Source: Tubulanus polymorphus
Lineage: Eukaryota > Animalia > Nemertea
DNA: 64,000 nucleotides
Assembly: GCF_964204645.1 (NCBI RefSeq)
Contig: NC_134032.1
Coordinates: forward strand, 4,922,175 to 4,986,174
Reading direction: 5' to 3'
Part shown: piece by piece, positions 62,560 through 64,000 of the stretch
How the letters are laid out: every line of letters starts with the position of its first letter
How positions within the stretch are numbered: position 1 is the stretch's first letter
Program-made: the position numbers and the translations under genes
Notes under the pieces: generated by a model
Database searches by the model: none
What the model was told of the DNA's origin: nothing
Seen by the model: the letters and a program-made list of their open reading frames with translations, nothing else

Positions 62560-62579
62560 TTAATTTTTTTGTTAAATAA

Positions 62580-63814
62580 ATGACTGGGAGTTATATCAAT
62601 CCTTCTAAGAATCATAGAATATCTAATGCTATTAAAGCAGAAAGATCACATCATATAATTACTCATCCCAATGAAACTTTATATGTTAGAATTCCTCGAT
62701 TAACACAAAATACTTTTTATGTTCCAAATAGTATTTATTTATCAGCCGATATAAAAGTAATCGGTAATAATAATAATTATGTTGTTGATAATGTTGGAAG
62801 ATATATTTGATTAAAAAATTAACTATAAAGATGGGCCCAGAAACAGTTTTCTCATTAGATGATTATAATTTATTTATGCATTATAAAGATTTATGGTTAA
62901 CTAAAGAAAATAGAAATAATATGATATTTCAAGGAATCCAATCAGAAAACCAAAATAAATTAAGATCAGAAGCACATAATGCAATATTAACTAATGCTGT
63001 AGATAAATTGATAAAAAGTATATATGGAAGCAAATATAAAATTCCATTAGACTTTGAATTGATAAATAACAATGCACCTTTATATAAATACGCAATTCAA
63101 GAAGACGTTATATTTGAGATAACATTTGCTGCTGTTAATGAAATCGTTATATCTAGCGTTAATAAAGATATGAGTTATAAATTATCGAATATATGTTCAG
63201 AATATGATACAGCAACTGATGAAAATATTTCAAGTATAATTCAAACTAAATCCAATCAAGCATTTTCATTATTATATGATTATATTGTTAAATTTAAAAC
63301 TGTAACTATTAATGCAAATGATGAAATTATTAATGAGAATATTAACTTCCCAAGAAGATCTATTAAAGGTATATTAATATATTTTTTTATAATTGCAACA
63401 TATACTAATGGCGCAATAAATGTTGATAATTATTATAATCCTGAAATAACAAAAGTTGAAATAACTATCGAAGGAATAGCAAATAAAATATTTTTTCAAG
63501 GAATGAGAATGATTGATCAATGGCCAGAAATTAGAAAACATTTAATGAATGAAAAAGTAAAATCATCTGAAAATTGTAATATTAATCAAATTGATTATTT
63601 TACCGGTAATAAATATACATTATGATTAGATTTTAGAACAACAGAAGATAATTCATTACATGGTTCTGGAAAAAAATTACAAAACACTAAAGATGGAATA
63701 CAATTATTCATGACAAAGAATAAAGGAATCAAAAATTTTAAAATGCACATTTATATAATATCTGACGCGCAATTAAATATTGTAAATTCTCAATTAAATA
63801 GTGTTATGTATTAA
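62580..63814 (+). pseudogene. Major capsid protein, element 3 (15-bp deletion, frameshift, TGA)
   Basis: Collinear with 26784-28031. Confidence 0.85.
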
Positions 63815-64000
63815 AATTTTAACTTCAATAAAAATTTATATAATAAATGGAAGGAGGTAAAGTATATAAACATATTCCATACATCGATAGACATGAAAAT
63901 AATGATGGTTTATATTATGTAATACCTTGTAATATAGCTTTGATATATAGCTTTGATATTTGATCCTATTTTCAAAATTTATAAAACTAAACTAATAGAA

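Larger units (their letters stand above)
52330..64000 (+). mobile_element. Polinton 3 (degraded; right end beyond the window)
   Basis: Left hairpin terminus GTAATAGGG...CCCCAATTACT (52330-52441), then pPolB, penton, membrane-protein block and MCP, syntenic with element 1. Confidence 0.93.

Overview
AT-rich animal (invertebrate-like) genomic DNA with GT-AG introns. Two exons of a host short-chain dehydrogenase/reductase gene (10609-10848, 46456-46695) are visible; most of the rest is nested mobile DNA. The 35.6-kb intron holds a Kolobok transposon (11184-43799, TTAA TSD). A solo LTR sits in one of its transposase exons, and a complete 17.6-kb Polinton/Maverick endogenous virus (14074-31695, TSD ATTATA) sits in that LTR. 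A second, palindromic snap-back Polinton derivative (33765-43460, TSD AACATA) lies in the KolX intron. Downstream are a 971-bp mini-Polinton (TSD GACGGT), an L2/CR1-type LINE and a third, degraded Polinton that runs off the window (52330->64000). Four signals stand out. (i) Nearly every Polinton gene starts at a poxvirus-late-promoter-like T-run...TAAATG, and element 1 encodes a VLTF3-like factor, suggesting a virophage-like satellite of a cytoplasmic giant virus. (ii) The element-1 pPolB carries a 355-codon LAGLIDADG intein in its YxD/TD motif, while an intein-free allele lies in the same window. (iii) Elements 2-4 have self-complementary terminal hairpins whose mismatches are mostly G-T wobbles on the 3'-terminal strand. 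(iv) Element 2 is an integrated palindromic defective genome. All calls come from reading motifs by eye; no database searches were run.
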